Shown here: positions 46,841 through 55,347 of the stretch, in pieces
Numbering within the stretch: position 1 is the first letter of the stretch
How the letters are laid out: each line of letters starts with the position of its first letter
NCBI GenBank assembly: GCA_002305635.1
Contig: DBPR01000029.1
Span: forward strand, 53,281-117,280
Length of the DNA: 64,000 bases
Origin: Anaerolineaceae bacterium UBA1415
GTDB taxonomy: Bacteria; Chloroflexota; Anaerolineae; Anaerolineales; Anaerolineaceae
Direction of reading: 5' to 3'
The notes under the pieces: generated by a model
What the model saw: only the letters and a program-made list of their open reading frames with translations
Told to the model about the DNA's origin: nothing
Database searches by the model: none
Program-made: the position numbers and the translations under genes

Positions 46841-47053
46841 CGAAGGCCGGACTGTTTACCCGATGTTACTAGGGTGAGGGGTGTTTCTTGCGCCCTGGAT
46901 TTCCAGGATGAAGGGAAACGAAACCATGTAAGATCAACCTTACACTCGCTTGTCAACCATGGCATTCTGCCCCTGACCCCACCCAATTTTTCATAAAAAC
47001 ATCCCCCATCCAAGAGTATAATTACCCACAACGCAATCCCCGTCAGGAGGACC

Positions 47054-50000
47054 ATGACCGCGCCGGAAATCATTCACAACCTCGTCACCAGCTTTCGCGA
47101 CCTGCGCGAACAATACACCTCTGTCCACTACAAAGAAACCCAACTGCGCAACGAATTTCTCAACCCCTTCTTCATCGCCCTCGGTTGGGATGTCTACAAC
47201 GAGCGCAACGTCGCCCTCCAATACCGCGACGTCATCCACGAAGACTCCCTCGAGATCGAAGGCAAAACCCGCGCGCCTGACTACGCCTTTTGCGTCGGCA
47301 GCTCCCGAAAATTCTTCGTCGAGGCAAAAAAGCCTTCTGCCCGCGTCAAAACCAACGGCGAAGCCGCCTATCAACTCCGCCGCTACGCCTGGAACACCAA
47401 ACTTCCCCTCTCCATCCTGACCGATTTCGAGCATTTCGCCGTCTACGACTGCCGCACTCGTCCCGACCCCAAAGACAGTGCCGCCGTCGGGCGCGTCAAG
47501 CTCTATAATTTTGAAGAATACCTCAGCCATTGGGACGAGATCGCCAGCATCTTCTCCCGGGAAGCGGTCTGGAAAGGGAAATTAGACGATTTCGCCGACG
47601 GCACCAAAGGCAAACGCTCCACCACCGAGGTGGACGCTGAATTCCTCAAGGATATCGAAGCCTGGCGCGATCTGCTGGCGCGCAATATCGCCCTGCGCAA
47701 CTTCCGTTCCAGCGAAGAGCTCGCCAACCTACCCCGTGCCGAACGCCAGCTCAACTATGCCGTACAGGCGACCATCGACCGCATCCTCTTTTTGCGCATC
47801 TGCGAAGACCGCGAAATTGAGCCGCCCGATCAGCTCCTTCAAAATGCGCAGCAGCCTGATGTCTACGCCAACCTGCTCACCCTCTTTAAGCACGCCGATC
47901 AGAAATATAATTCCGGGCTCTTCCATTTTTCGGAAGAAAAAAGCCAGACCAGCGCGCCCGATACCTTTACCCCCACCTTGCAGATTGACGATAAGGTACT
48001 GCGTCAGATCATCGAAAGCCTTTATGGCCCCAGCTCCTATATCTTCAAAGAGATCCCGGTCGAGATCCTTGGGCAAATATACGAGCAATTCCTGGGCAAG
48101 GTCATCCGCCTGACGCCCAAAGGCATCGCCAAGGTCGAAGAAAAGCCCGAAGTCCGCAAAGCCGGCGGCGTCTACTACACCCCCAGCTACATCGTCGATT
48201 ACATCGTCCACAACACCCTCAGCCCTCTCCTTAATCCAAACCAGCCTTCCCAAGATGGTAAAAAAGTGGGCTTCGAAAACCAACCACCATCTAGGACGAG
48301 AGCTGTGGAAGCGCCAAACTCTACCCCTTCCAGGGAAAGGGAATTAAAGGGGTTGGGTCTTGAAAAACATCCTTCGAAAACTACGCTGAAGAGTGGGTCT
48401 TTCGATCTGTCATCGCGAGACCCGCAGGGTCGTGGCGATCTGCCTTTCCAATCTTCTTCAGATCAACAAAAAGTACAGGAACCAATGGGCTCAAACGACC
48501 AAACCTTGACCAGGTCGAAGCCTGCGGAATCGTCCAGCCAAACCCCCTCCAGGGAGGGGGGCAGGGGGGTGGGTCTTGAAAACAAACCGACCACACAAAC
48601 CATCTCCAGCGAAGCGACGGAAGCCGTAGGTCGGGTTGCGCTTGTCAACCCGACATCCACATCCCTAACCCCCGACCAGGCCCTCAAACTCCGTGTCGTC
48701 GATCCCGCCTGCGGCTCCGGCTCCTTCCTCCTGGGTGCCTACCAATACCTCCTCGACTGGCACCTCAACTACTACCTCACCCACGACCCCGAAAGCCACA
48801 TCCGCGGCAAAAACCCACCCATCGTCGCCACCGAAGGCGGTGAATATCGCCTCACCACCGAAGAAAAGAAGCGCATCCTCACCGCCAGCATCTACGGCGT
48901 CGATATCGACGCCCAGGCGGTCGAGGTCACCAAGCTCTCCCTCCTGCTCAAACTGCTCGAGGGCGAAACCGGTCAGCTCACCCTTGGTTTCGACCGCGTC
49001 CTGCCCGACCTCGGCAACAACATCCGCTGCGGCAACTCCCTCATCGGCTGGGACTATTTTGCCAGCCAGCTTTTGCCCGACGAAGAAGAGATCATCCGCG
49101 TCAACCCCTTCGACTGGCAGCGCTCCTTCCCCGAAGTCTTCGCCCAGGGCGGCTTCGACGCCGTCATCGGCAACCCGCCCTACGTCCGCCAGGAAGATCT
49201 CGGCGCCGACAAACGCTATTACCAGAGCCTCTACGAGGTCTACACAGGCACTGCCGACCTCTACAGCTATTTCATCGAGCGCGGCATCAAACTGCTGGCA
49301 CCCAACGGCAATTTTAGCTACATCGTCGCCAACAAGTGGATGCGCGCCAATTACGGTCGTCCCCTGCGTGAATGGCTCAAAAAGCAGTGTATCGATGAGA
49401 TCACTGACTTTGGCGACCTGCGTGTTTTCACCAGCGCCACCACCTACCCATGCATCCTGCGCGTCAGCAACCGCGAACCGCACAACCGACCCTGGGTGAC
49501 CACCGTCAAAACGCTTGACTTCCCCTCACTGCAGGAATACGTTGATCAAAACGGCTCAGTTGCCGACCAAACCCGCTTTGAGGATGGCGGTTGGTCGCTG
49601 GCAGGCATCGAGACCCAAAGACTGATGGAAAAGATCCGCCAAAACTCCATCCCACTGGGTGAATATGTTAAGGGCAAAATTTATCGGGGAGCAGTTACTG
49701 GTCTAAATGAAGTCTTCATCATTGACCAGTCCACCCGAGATCATCTCATTGCTGAAGATCCTAAAAGCGCTGAACTGATCAAGTCGTGTTTGTTGGGGAA
49801 AGACATTAAACGCTACGGCATTGATTACCAAAATCTTTACATGATATTCACCAGACGCGGCACCAATATTAAAGATTATCCTGCGATTCACGACTACTTA
49901 CTCAAATTTAAGGATAAATTAATGCCACGACCAAAAAAATGGGCTGGCAAAGATTGGAAAGGGCGGAAACCTGGTCCCTACCAATGGTTTGAAATTCAAG

Positions 50001-50446
50001 ATTCAATTGCCTATTACGAAGAATTTGAAAAGCCAAAAATTATTTGGGGTAATCTGGCACAGAAACCTAAATTTACCATGGATACAGATGGATACTATAT
50101 CAATGCTCCAGGGGTTATTATTCCAGTCGAAGATTACTATCTTCTGGGAATAATGAATTCTTCATTGTTTTACACATTTATTAGTGAAGTGGCAGCTGGT
50201 AGACGAGGAGGATTCTTCGAGTACAAACCCATCTATGTTTCCCAAATGCCGATTCATATCATAGATTGGGATAATATTGCTGAAGTTGAGATGGTAAACC
50301 AACTTCGTCAACTGGTAATTAGAAGGCTTGAATTAGGAAAACGCAATGCTCAAACCCCAGGGCAAGTAATGATGTTAGAAAACGAAATTGAAATTATCGA
50401 GACACATATAGACTCTGTCGTTATGACACTTTACAATCTCAAATAA
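47054..50446 (+). CDS. Type IIG restriction-modification fusion: PD-(D/E)xK nuclease, gamma-class N6-adenine methyltransferase and TaqI_C/Eco57I-like recognition region
   Basis: APDYAF...FFVEAKKP (D...ExK), YYTPSYIVDYIV, DPACGSGSFLL (motif I), GNPPYV (motif IV), YRGAVTGLNEVFII and a C-terminal ...IDSVVMTLYNL. The RBS CAGGAGG lies 4 nt upstream of the ATG. Confidence 0.85.
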   Translation: MTAPEIIHNLVTSFRDLREQYTSVHYKETQLRNEFLNPFFIALGWDVYNERNVALQYRDVIHEDSLEIEGKTRAPDYAFCVGSSRKFFVEAKKPSARVKTNGEAAYQLRRYAWNTKLPLSILTDFEHFAVYDCRTRPDPKDSAAVGRVKLYNFEEYLSHWDEIASIFSREAVWKGKLDDFADGTKGKRSTTEVDAEFLKDIEAWRDLLARNIALRNFRSSEELANLPRAERQLNYAVQATIDRILFLRICEDREIEPPDQLLQNAQQPDVYANLLTLFKHADQKYNSGLFHFSEEKSQTSAPDTFTPTLQIDDKVLRQIIESLYGPSSYIFKEIPVEILGQIYEQFLGKVIRLTPKGIAKVEEKPEVRKAGGVYYTPSYIVDYIVHNTLSPLLNPNQPSQDGKKVGFENQPPSRTRAVEAPNSTPSRERELKGLGLEKHPSKTTLKSGSFDLSSRDPQGRGDLPFQSSSDQQKVQEPMGSNDQTLTRSKPAESSSQTPSREGGRGVGLENKPTTQTISSEATEAVGRVALVNPTSTSLTPDQALKLRVVDPACGSGSFLLGAYQYLLDWHLNYYLTHDPESHIRGKNPPIVATEGGEYRLTTEEKKRILTASIYGVDIDAQAVEVTKLSLLLKLLEGETGQLTLGFDRVLPDLGNNIRCGNSLIGWDYFASQLLPDEEEIIRVNPFDWQRSFPEVFAQGGFDAVIGNPPYVRQEDLGADKRYYQSLYEVYTGTADLYSYFIERGIKLLAPNGNFSYIVANKWMRANYGRPLREWLKKQCIDEITDFGDLRVFTSATTYPCILRVSNREPHNRPWVTTVKTLDFPSLQEYVDQNGSVADQTRFEDGGWSLAGIETQRLMEKIRQNSIPLGEYVKGKIYRGAVTGLNEVFIIDQSTRDHLIAEDPKSAELIKSCLLGKDIKRYGIDYQNLYMIFTRRGTNIKDYPAIHDYLLKFKDKLMPRPKKWAGKDWKGRKPGPYQWFEIQDSIAYYEEFEKPKIIWGNLAQKPKFTMDTDGYYINAPGVIIPVEDYYLLGIMNSSLFYTFISEVAAGRRGGFFEYKPIYVSQMPIHIIDWDNIAEVEMVNQLRQLVIRRLELGKRNAQTPGQVMMLENEIEIIETHIDSVVMTLYNLK
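48240..48660 (+). repeat. In-frame block of intergenic-type repeat elements inside the RM gene
   Basis: GTAGGTCGGGTTGcgcttgtCAACCCGAC at 48626-48654. Two ~45-nt units lie at 48324-48369 and 48543-48586, each ending GGGTCTTGAAAA. More TGGGYCTT-type copies lie at ~48265 and ~48393. The block translates as a low-complexity S/T/P/G/Q-rich stretch. Confidence 0.7.
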
Positions 50447-50464
50447 GACATACTTAGGAGTACG

Positions 50465-53400
50465 ATGGTTCAAATTGGAAAAATCGATTTCCCAGAAACG
50501 TTATTAAAAAGCCTCGAGAATAATGAACTCGTCGTTTTTGCTGGTGCAGGTGTTTCAATGGGACCTCCTTCAAATCTACCGAATTTTAATGGATTGGCTC
50601 AGGATATAGGTAAGAGTGTAGGTCATGAATTTAATGAAAAGAAAGAAGCTGCAGACTTGTTTTTGGGAAGGCTTGAAGATCAGGGAATAGATGTAAAAGA
50701 ATTTGCAAAGAAAGAATTAAATAAAGCGATGAGCTTTAACCCATTACATTCAGCCATTATTTCCCTTTATGATAAGTCACAAAATCTAAGGATTGTCACG
50801 ACAAATTTTGATGATCTTTTCGAACAAGCATTTCTTTCAAAACCTGAAAAAAAAGTAAACACATATTGTTCTCCAGTATTGCCTTTAGGGCATGATTTTG
50901 AAGGTCTTGTGCATCTCCATGGTAGTGTAACAAATACTAAGAGCATGATTCTAACCGATCGAGATTTCGGTAAGGCTTATCTAACAGATGGTTGGGCATT
51001 GCGATTCTTGATACCCTTATTTCAAAAATTTTCAGTTTTATTCATTGGCTATAGCTATAACGATGTTGTTATGAAGTATCTGGCACGAGCGTTACCTCCT
51101 GAATTGACAGAAAAAAGATATATCTTAAGTACTGAAAAAAGAGACGACCATTGGCGGCGATTAAGGCTGACCCCAATTTACTATTCAGGAAGAAACAAAC
51201 ATTCTGCACTAATCTCTTCATTATCAGAGATGGCGGATAGGCAGAATAGAACTTTACTAGATTGGAAATCTAGAATTACTGATTTATGCTCAAAGGGTTT
51301 GCCGAAAGAAAAAGCAAAACTTGATGAACTTGAACAGATATTTCTAGATACTAATAGGACAAAGTTGTTTATTCAGATAGCCAGAGGATTTAGTTGGGTT
51401 CCTTGGTTAATTGAAAAAAAATTTCTTGATCCATTCACTAAACCGAATCTTGATGGATGGGCTAGATGGTTTGCTTCAATATTCATTGAGAACCAGGAAA
51501 AAATAATCTCTTTATTTATTAATAGACAGCATATGGATAGACTGTTTTGGTCATCATTAATTTATGAGGTTAATGACCTTGATTTAGAAAAATGTCGACA
51601 GATTGATTTTTCAAGGATGATTTCTTTTTTGCTCAGAACAAAGCCGATTCCCTCGAATTTGTCCCTTTATTACATAATCGCACAAAAATGCTATGAATTT
51701 GGTGATTTTGAATCATTGTTAGATGTTTTTGAAACATATGTCAGTGAATACGAAGTCTTAATCACAAAATCACTTTGGAGGGAAAGTGATACATTTGAAG
51801 TGGTAGCTGATGAACACGGAAATGAAGTGGTATATATGTTTTATCAATTTATTGAGCCTAATTTATCTTTTGCACCAGAGAGATTGTTGAATCTAGCAAT
51901 GCGAACCTTGAGAAAAATGAACAGGCTCGAAATGATATGGTCTGATTCAATTTCACAACTCAACTCTTCAAGTATGAGATTTCACAGTCTCCTCAAAGAT
52001 GTTGATAGAAATGAATATGGCACAGATTTCATACAAGTTGCTATCATTTCTGCGAGAAAAGCTCTTCTAGAAATAATGTCAAGAGATTCCGTTTTATGGC
52101 GGTTTTATACTGGTCAAGCTATACGAGACAAATGTAATCTAATTGCAAGGATTGGTTTAGATGCTTTAATTAACTCAGACTTAGTCGATAGTTCTTATAT
52201 TATTTCCGAGTTTCTTAAGATTCAACATCCTTTAGCTTGGGATATGCGACCAGAAGTATACGAATTACTTTTCACAAATTTTAAAAGTAGTAATGATGAA
52301 TTAAAAGTTTTGGTTTTAGAAAAAATAAATAAATCGATTAATGAAATGGAATGGAATTCTGATTTTAAAACAAAGCAATTAGTTAGCTGGTGTAATTTCT
52401 TCTATGAATTAGATCCCAACAACAAAATTCTAAGGATGAAAAAAGATTTGCTACAAGCAAAGTATCCTGAGGTTAAACCAAAAATAATTGGAAAAAGAAT
52501 AATTGAAGTAAGTGGAATTAAAGACCCAGACCCTTCATTTTGGTCACCAGATGAATTGATAAATATGACGACAGATGCAGAATTCGAAAAGATTCTAAAT
52601 AAAATAAAAACATTCCAGTTGTCGACAGACATTGGCTCCTCCTATATTGCCATACAACGAGCAGTTGAGAAGGATCAGGGTTGGGCGTTTTTATTTGCTG
52701 ATTATCTCGTCAAAATAGAATGTTTTAGTAATACTGTTTGGAGCCGTATATTTTTGGGGCTTCAAAAAGTTCACTTGAACGAACAAGAGAAAGAATTCAT
52801 AATAAATCTCAGTAAAATCAAGGAGATCATTCATTCTTTTCAATATTATTATTTAGAATTGCTAGAAAATCAACTAAATACTTCAGAAGACCTGTTCAAC
52901 AATACTGATATTAATGAAGTAATTACTCTCGTTGAAAAAATGTTATCTTCAAAAAATCTTGAAGTCATGGTTAGTGAAAAGTCCAGTATTCTAATGAAAT
53001 CTTGTAACAGTAATATTGGAATGATTTCATTAATTCTCATCAAATGTGTTGATATTCTGAATAAAAGAAATATCTGCAGAGGGTGCCTTGATAAAGGTTT
53101 GGAGATAATATCCGAATTAGCTAATTCATCAGAATTTGGGGATTTTGCGAGACCAATGATCTTCACCCAATTTACCTTTTTTATGACTTCTTTTCAAAAT
53201 TTTGCCATCCGAGAACTTGTCCCATTCCTGACAAACAGAAAAAATGATTATTATATTCAAGCTTGGAATGGTTTCCTAAATGGGGATAATAATCCAGCAA
53301 GCTACATCGAACATTTTAAACCCATAATGATTAAAGCTGCTCAAAGAGTTGAGCACTTGGAAGAAAGCGACCGACAATTATTCTTACAACTGTGTGCTCA

Positions 53401-53905
53401 TGTTGCAGTAAATGAGAGAAATCCAATAACCTCAATTGTTTTTCCTGTTTTTAAAGTGGTACCGTCAAAATACTTGCACTATTTTTCTAGAACCATTGGG
53501 CAAGTAATAAATACCGCAGATTCTGATTTAATCGATTCTTTATGGAATAATTTTCTTTCTGACTTTCTCGAAAAGAGAATCAATAATGCCCCTGTGGAAA
53601 CTACAGACAAAGAAACCAAAGAGATCTCAAAGTGGCTTATTAAATTAGGGAAATACTATCCTGAAGCGGTAGATTGTTTCATAAAATTCAAACCTGCAGA
53701 TTTGAGTAAATCCAACCTAATTTATAGATTAGAAAATTCTGAAATAACTGATTTATACCCATTGGCGACAAAAAAACTATTGTCATACTTAAATAAGTGT
53801 AAAATTGATTCTTGGAATAAGCAATACATACAAAAAGTTGTGGAACGTCTGAAAGTCCATCTGGATAAAACCGATATAGAAATGTTAGAAATTGAAATGA
53901 CATAA
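50465..53905 (+). CDS. SIR2-family (SIR2_2-like) NAD-utilising domain fused to a ~900-aa uncharacterised helical region; DSR-like defence candidate
   Basis: VVFAGAGVSMGPPSNLP, VTTNFDDLFE, LVHLHGS and LFIGYSYNDVVM in the first ~230 aa. I recognise no motif in the rest. The RBS TAGGAG precedes the start, which is 18 nt after the RM stop. The gene is strongly AT-rich. Confidence 0.8.
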   Translation: MVQIGKIDFPETLLKSLENNELVVFAGAGVSMGPPSNLPNFNGLAQDIGKSVGHEFNEKKEAADLFLGRLEDQGIDVKEFAKKELNKAMSFNPLHSAIISLYDKSQNLRIVTTNFDDLFEQAFLSKPEKKVNTYCSPVLPLGHDFEGLVHLHGSVTNTKSMILTDRDFGKAYLTDGWALRFLIPLFQKFSVLFIGYSYNDVVMKYLARALPPELTEKRYILSTEKRDDHWRRLRLTPIYYSGRNKHSALISSLSEMADRQNRTLLDWKSRITDLCSKGLPKEKAKLDELEQIFLDTNRTKLFIQIARGFSWVPWLIEKKFLDPFTKPNLDGWARWFASIFIENQEKIISLFINRQHMDRLFWSSLIYEVNDLDLEKCRQIDFSRMISFLLRTKPIPSNLSLYYIIAQKCYEFGDFESLLDVFETYVSEYEVLITKSLWRESDTFEVVADEHGNEVVYMFYQFIEPNLSFAPERLLNLAMRTLRKMNRLEMIWSDSISQLNSSSMRFHSLLKDVDRNEYGTDFIQVAIISARKALLEIMSRDSVLWRFYTGQAIRDKCNLIARIGLDALINSDLVDSSYIISEFLKIQHPLAWDMRPEVYELLFTNFKSSNDELKVLVLEKINKSINEMEWNSDFKTKQLVSWCNFFYELDPNNKILRMKKDLLQAKYPEVKPKIIGKRIIEVSGIKDPDPSFWSPDELINMTTDAEFEKILNKIKTFQLSTDIGSSYIAIQRAVEKDQGWAFLFADYLVKIECFSNTVWSRIFLGLQKVHLNEQEKEFIINLSKIKEIIHSFQYYYLELLENQLNTSEDLFNNTDINEVITLVEKMLSSKNLEVMVSEKSSILMKSCNSNIGMISLILIKCVDILNKRNICRGCLDKGLEIISELANSSEFGDFARPMIFTQFTFFMTSFQNFAIRELVPFLTNRKNDYYIQAWNGFLNGDNNPASYIEHFKPIMIKAAQRVEHLEESDRQLFLQLCAHVAVNERNPITSIVFPVFKVVPSKYLHYFSRTIGQVINTADSDLIDSLWNNFLSDFLEKRINNAPVETTDKETKEISKWLIKLGKYYPEAVDCFIKFKPADLSKSNLIYRLENSEITDLYPLATKKLLSYLNKCKIDSWNKQYIQKVVERLKVHLDKTDIEMLEIEMT

Positions 53906-54026
53906 CTCATCGAGTAGGTAAGGTTCCGCTCCCGTTCTTCGTTCTTATGCTGAGTGCTATGTAAAAAAACAAAACCTAGATGTTATACCACAAGCAGGTT
54001 GTGCGATCAGGGGTACGCAATTTTGA

Positions 54027-54050
54027 CCGCACAACCGCACAACCGCACAA
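54027..54050. repeat. Three tandem CCGCACAA octamers
   Basis: CCGCACAA is repeated three times. The last copy plus CCT is the reverse complement of AGGTTGTGCG at 53996-54005. Confidence 0.6.
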
Positions 54051-54146
54051 CCTCACCCTTGCACAATCCAAGGGCAGGCAACCTCAGCTTTTACCCTCAT
54101 ACCTATACAAAATACAGGGTAAAAGGGTAAAACCTCATCGCCTCCG

Positions 54147-54155
54147 TGCTATAAT
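54147..54155 (+). promoter_or_regulatory. Extended -10 promoter candidate for the ChlI-like gene
   Basis: TGCTATAAT lies 24 nt upstream of the ATG, with AAGGAAG as RBS. Confidence 0.4.
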
Positions 54156-54178
54156 TTGCCTTTGCAAAGGAAGCGACT

Positions 54179-55309
54179 ATGAATCATAAAGTAATTTTTC
54201 CCTTCACCGCCATTGTTGGGCAGGAGCGCATGATGCGCGCCCTCATCCTCAACGCGGTTGACCCGCGCATCGGCGGCGTCCTCATCCGCGGCGAACGCGG
54301 CACTGCCAAATCCACCGCCGCCCGCGCCCTGGCAGCCCTCCTGCCCGCCATCGAGGTCGTCACAGACTGCCGTTTCAACTGCGACCCCGCCAAACCGACC
54401 ACCTGGTGTACCGAATGTCAGGAGCGTTTTGTCGGCGGCGAAGACCCTTTGCCCCACGAAAGCAAAACCACCCCCTTCGTCAACCTGCCCGTTTCCGCCA
54501 CCGAAGACCGTGTCGTCGGCACCCTCGATATCGAACGCGCCATCCAGAAAGGCGAGCGCCATTTTGAGCCCGGCGTGCTGGCAAGCGCCAACCGCGGCTT
54601 GCTCTACATCGACGAGGTCAACCTGCTCGACGATCACGTCGTCGATATCCTGCTCGACTCCGCCGCTATGGGCACCAACGTCGTCGAACGCGAAGGCATC
54701 TCCTTCAGCCACCCCGCCCGCTTCATCCTCGTTGGCACGATGAACCCCGAAGAGGGCGACCTGCGCCCGCAGCTGCTCGACCGATTCGCCTTTTCCGTTG
54801 AAATTCACGGCATCCTGGATAAAGCCCAGCGCGTCGAGATCATGCGCCGCAACATCGCCTTTGAAAGCGACCCCGAAGCCTTCCGCCAGGCATTTTTGCC
54901 CCAGGAGCTTGAGCTTTCCGACAGAATCGCCGCCGCCCAAAAACTGGTCGAAGACGTTTCCTACACCCAGCGCGACCTGCTGATCATCGCCGAGCTGACC
55001 TCCTCGATGGATGTCGATGGGCACCGCTCCGACCTGGTCATCCTCAAAGCCGCCCGCGCCCAGGCAGCCTTTGAGGGGCGCGACCGCATCACCCCGCACG
55101 ATATCGCCATGGCTGCCGAACTGGCGCTGCCCCACCGCGTCAAGGCTGGTCCCTTCCGCAAGAGCGAGAATGGCATCGAGCACCTCAACGCCAAACTGGC
55201 AGACCTGAAGATGCAGACCACGCTCTCTCCTTCTGAGGACGACCGCGACCAGGAAGTTGAGCAAAACCAGGACGACGATAAAAAAAAAGTGACCCCGTCC
55301 CTGACTTAG
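54179..55309 (+). CDS. ChlI/BchI-family AAA+ ATPase (chelatase I-subunit-like)
   Basis: FPFTAIVGQERMMRALILNAVDPRIGGVLIRGERGTAKST and LLYIDEVNLLDDH (Walker B). It has a Cys-rich insert CRFNCDP...CTEC and an acidic C-terminal end. Confidence 0.85.
   Translation: MNHKVIFPFTAIVGQERMMRALILNAVDPRIGGVLIRGERGTAKSTAARALAALLPAIEVVTDCRFNCDPAKPTTWCTECQERFVGGEDPLPHESKTTPFVNLPVSATEDRVVGTLDIERAIQKGERHFEPGVLASANRGLLYIDEVNLLDDHVVDILLDSAAMGTNVVEREGISFSHPARFILVGTMNPEEGDLRPQLLDRFAFSVEIHGILDKAQRVEIMRRNIAFESDPEAFRQAFLPQELELSDRIAAAQKLVEDVSYTQRDLLIIAELTSSMDVDGHRSDLVILKAARAQAAFEGRDRITPHDIAMAAELALPHRVKAGPFRKSENGIEHLNAKLADLKMQTTLSPSEDDRDQEVEQNQDDDKKKVTPSLT
55280..55288 (+). other. A9 homopolymer linking the ChlI-like frame to the VWA frame
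   Basis: GAT AAA AAA AAA GTG in the ATPase frame. The -1 frame has TAA at 55279-55281, then stays open from 55282 straight into the VWA ORF. Confidence 0.9.
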
Positions 55310-55347
55310 ACAACAAAGACAACGACTTTGATCCTGAGATCCCGATC

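Noticed and set aside
46594-47073. 159-aa minus-strand ORF spanning the tandem repeat upstream of the RM gene
   Set aside because: It is just the translation of the REP-like repeats, so its peptide repeats itself. It has no RBS and runs antisense into the RM start region.
48665-49499. Alternative-frame ORFs inside the RM gene (48665-49483 minus, 48693-49499 plus)
   Set aside because: The translations are compositionally biased (Ala/Gly/Asp or Ser/Pro/Thr runs) with no motifs. They overlap a frame that carries the canonical methyltransferase motifs.
47054-50446. BREX PglX methyltransferase
   Set aside because: The C-terminal half resembles PglX-type enzymes. However, the protein has an N-terminal D...ExK nuclease motif, and no pglZ, brxC, brxL or brxA/B genes are nearby. 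A Type IIG RM call fits better.
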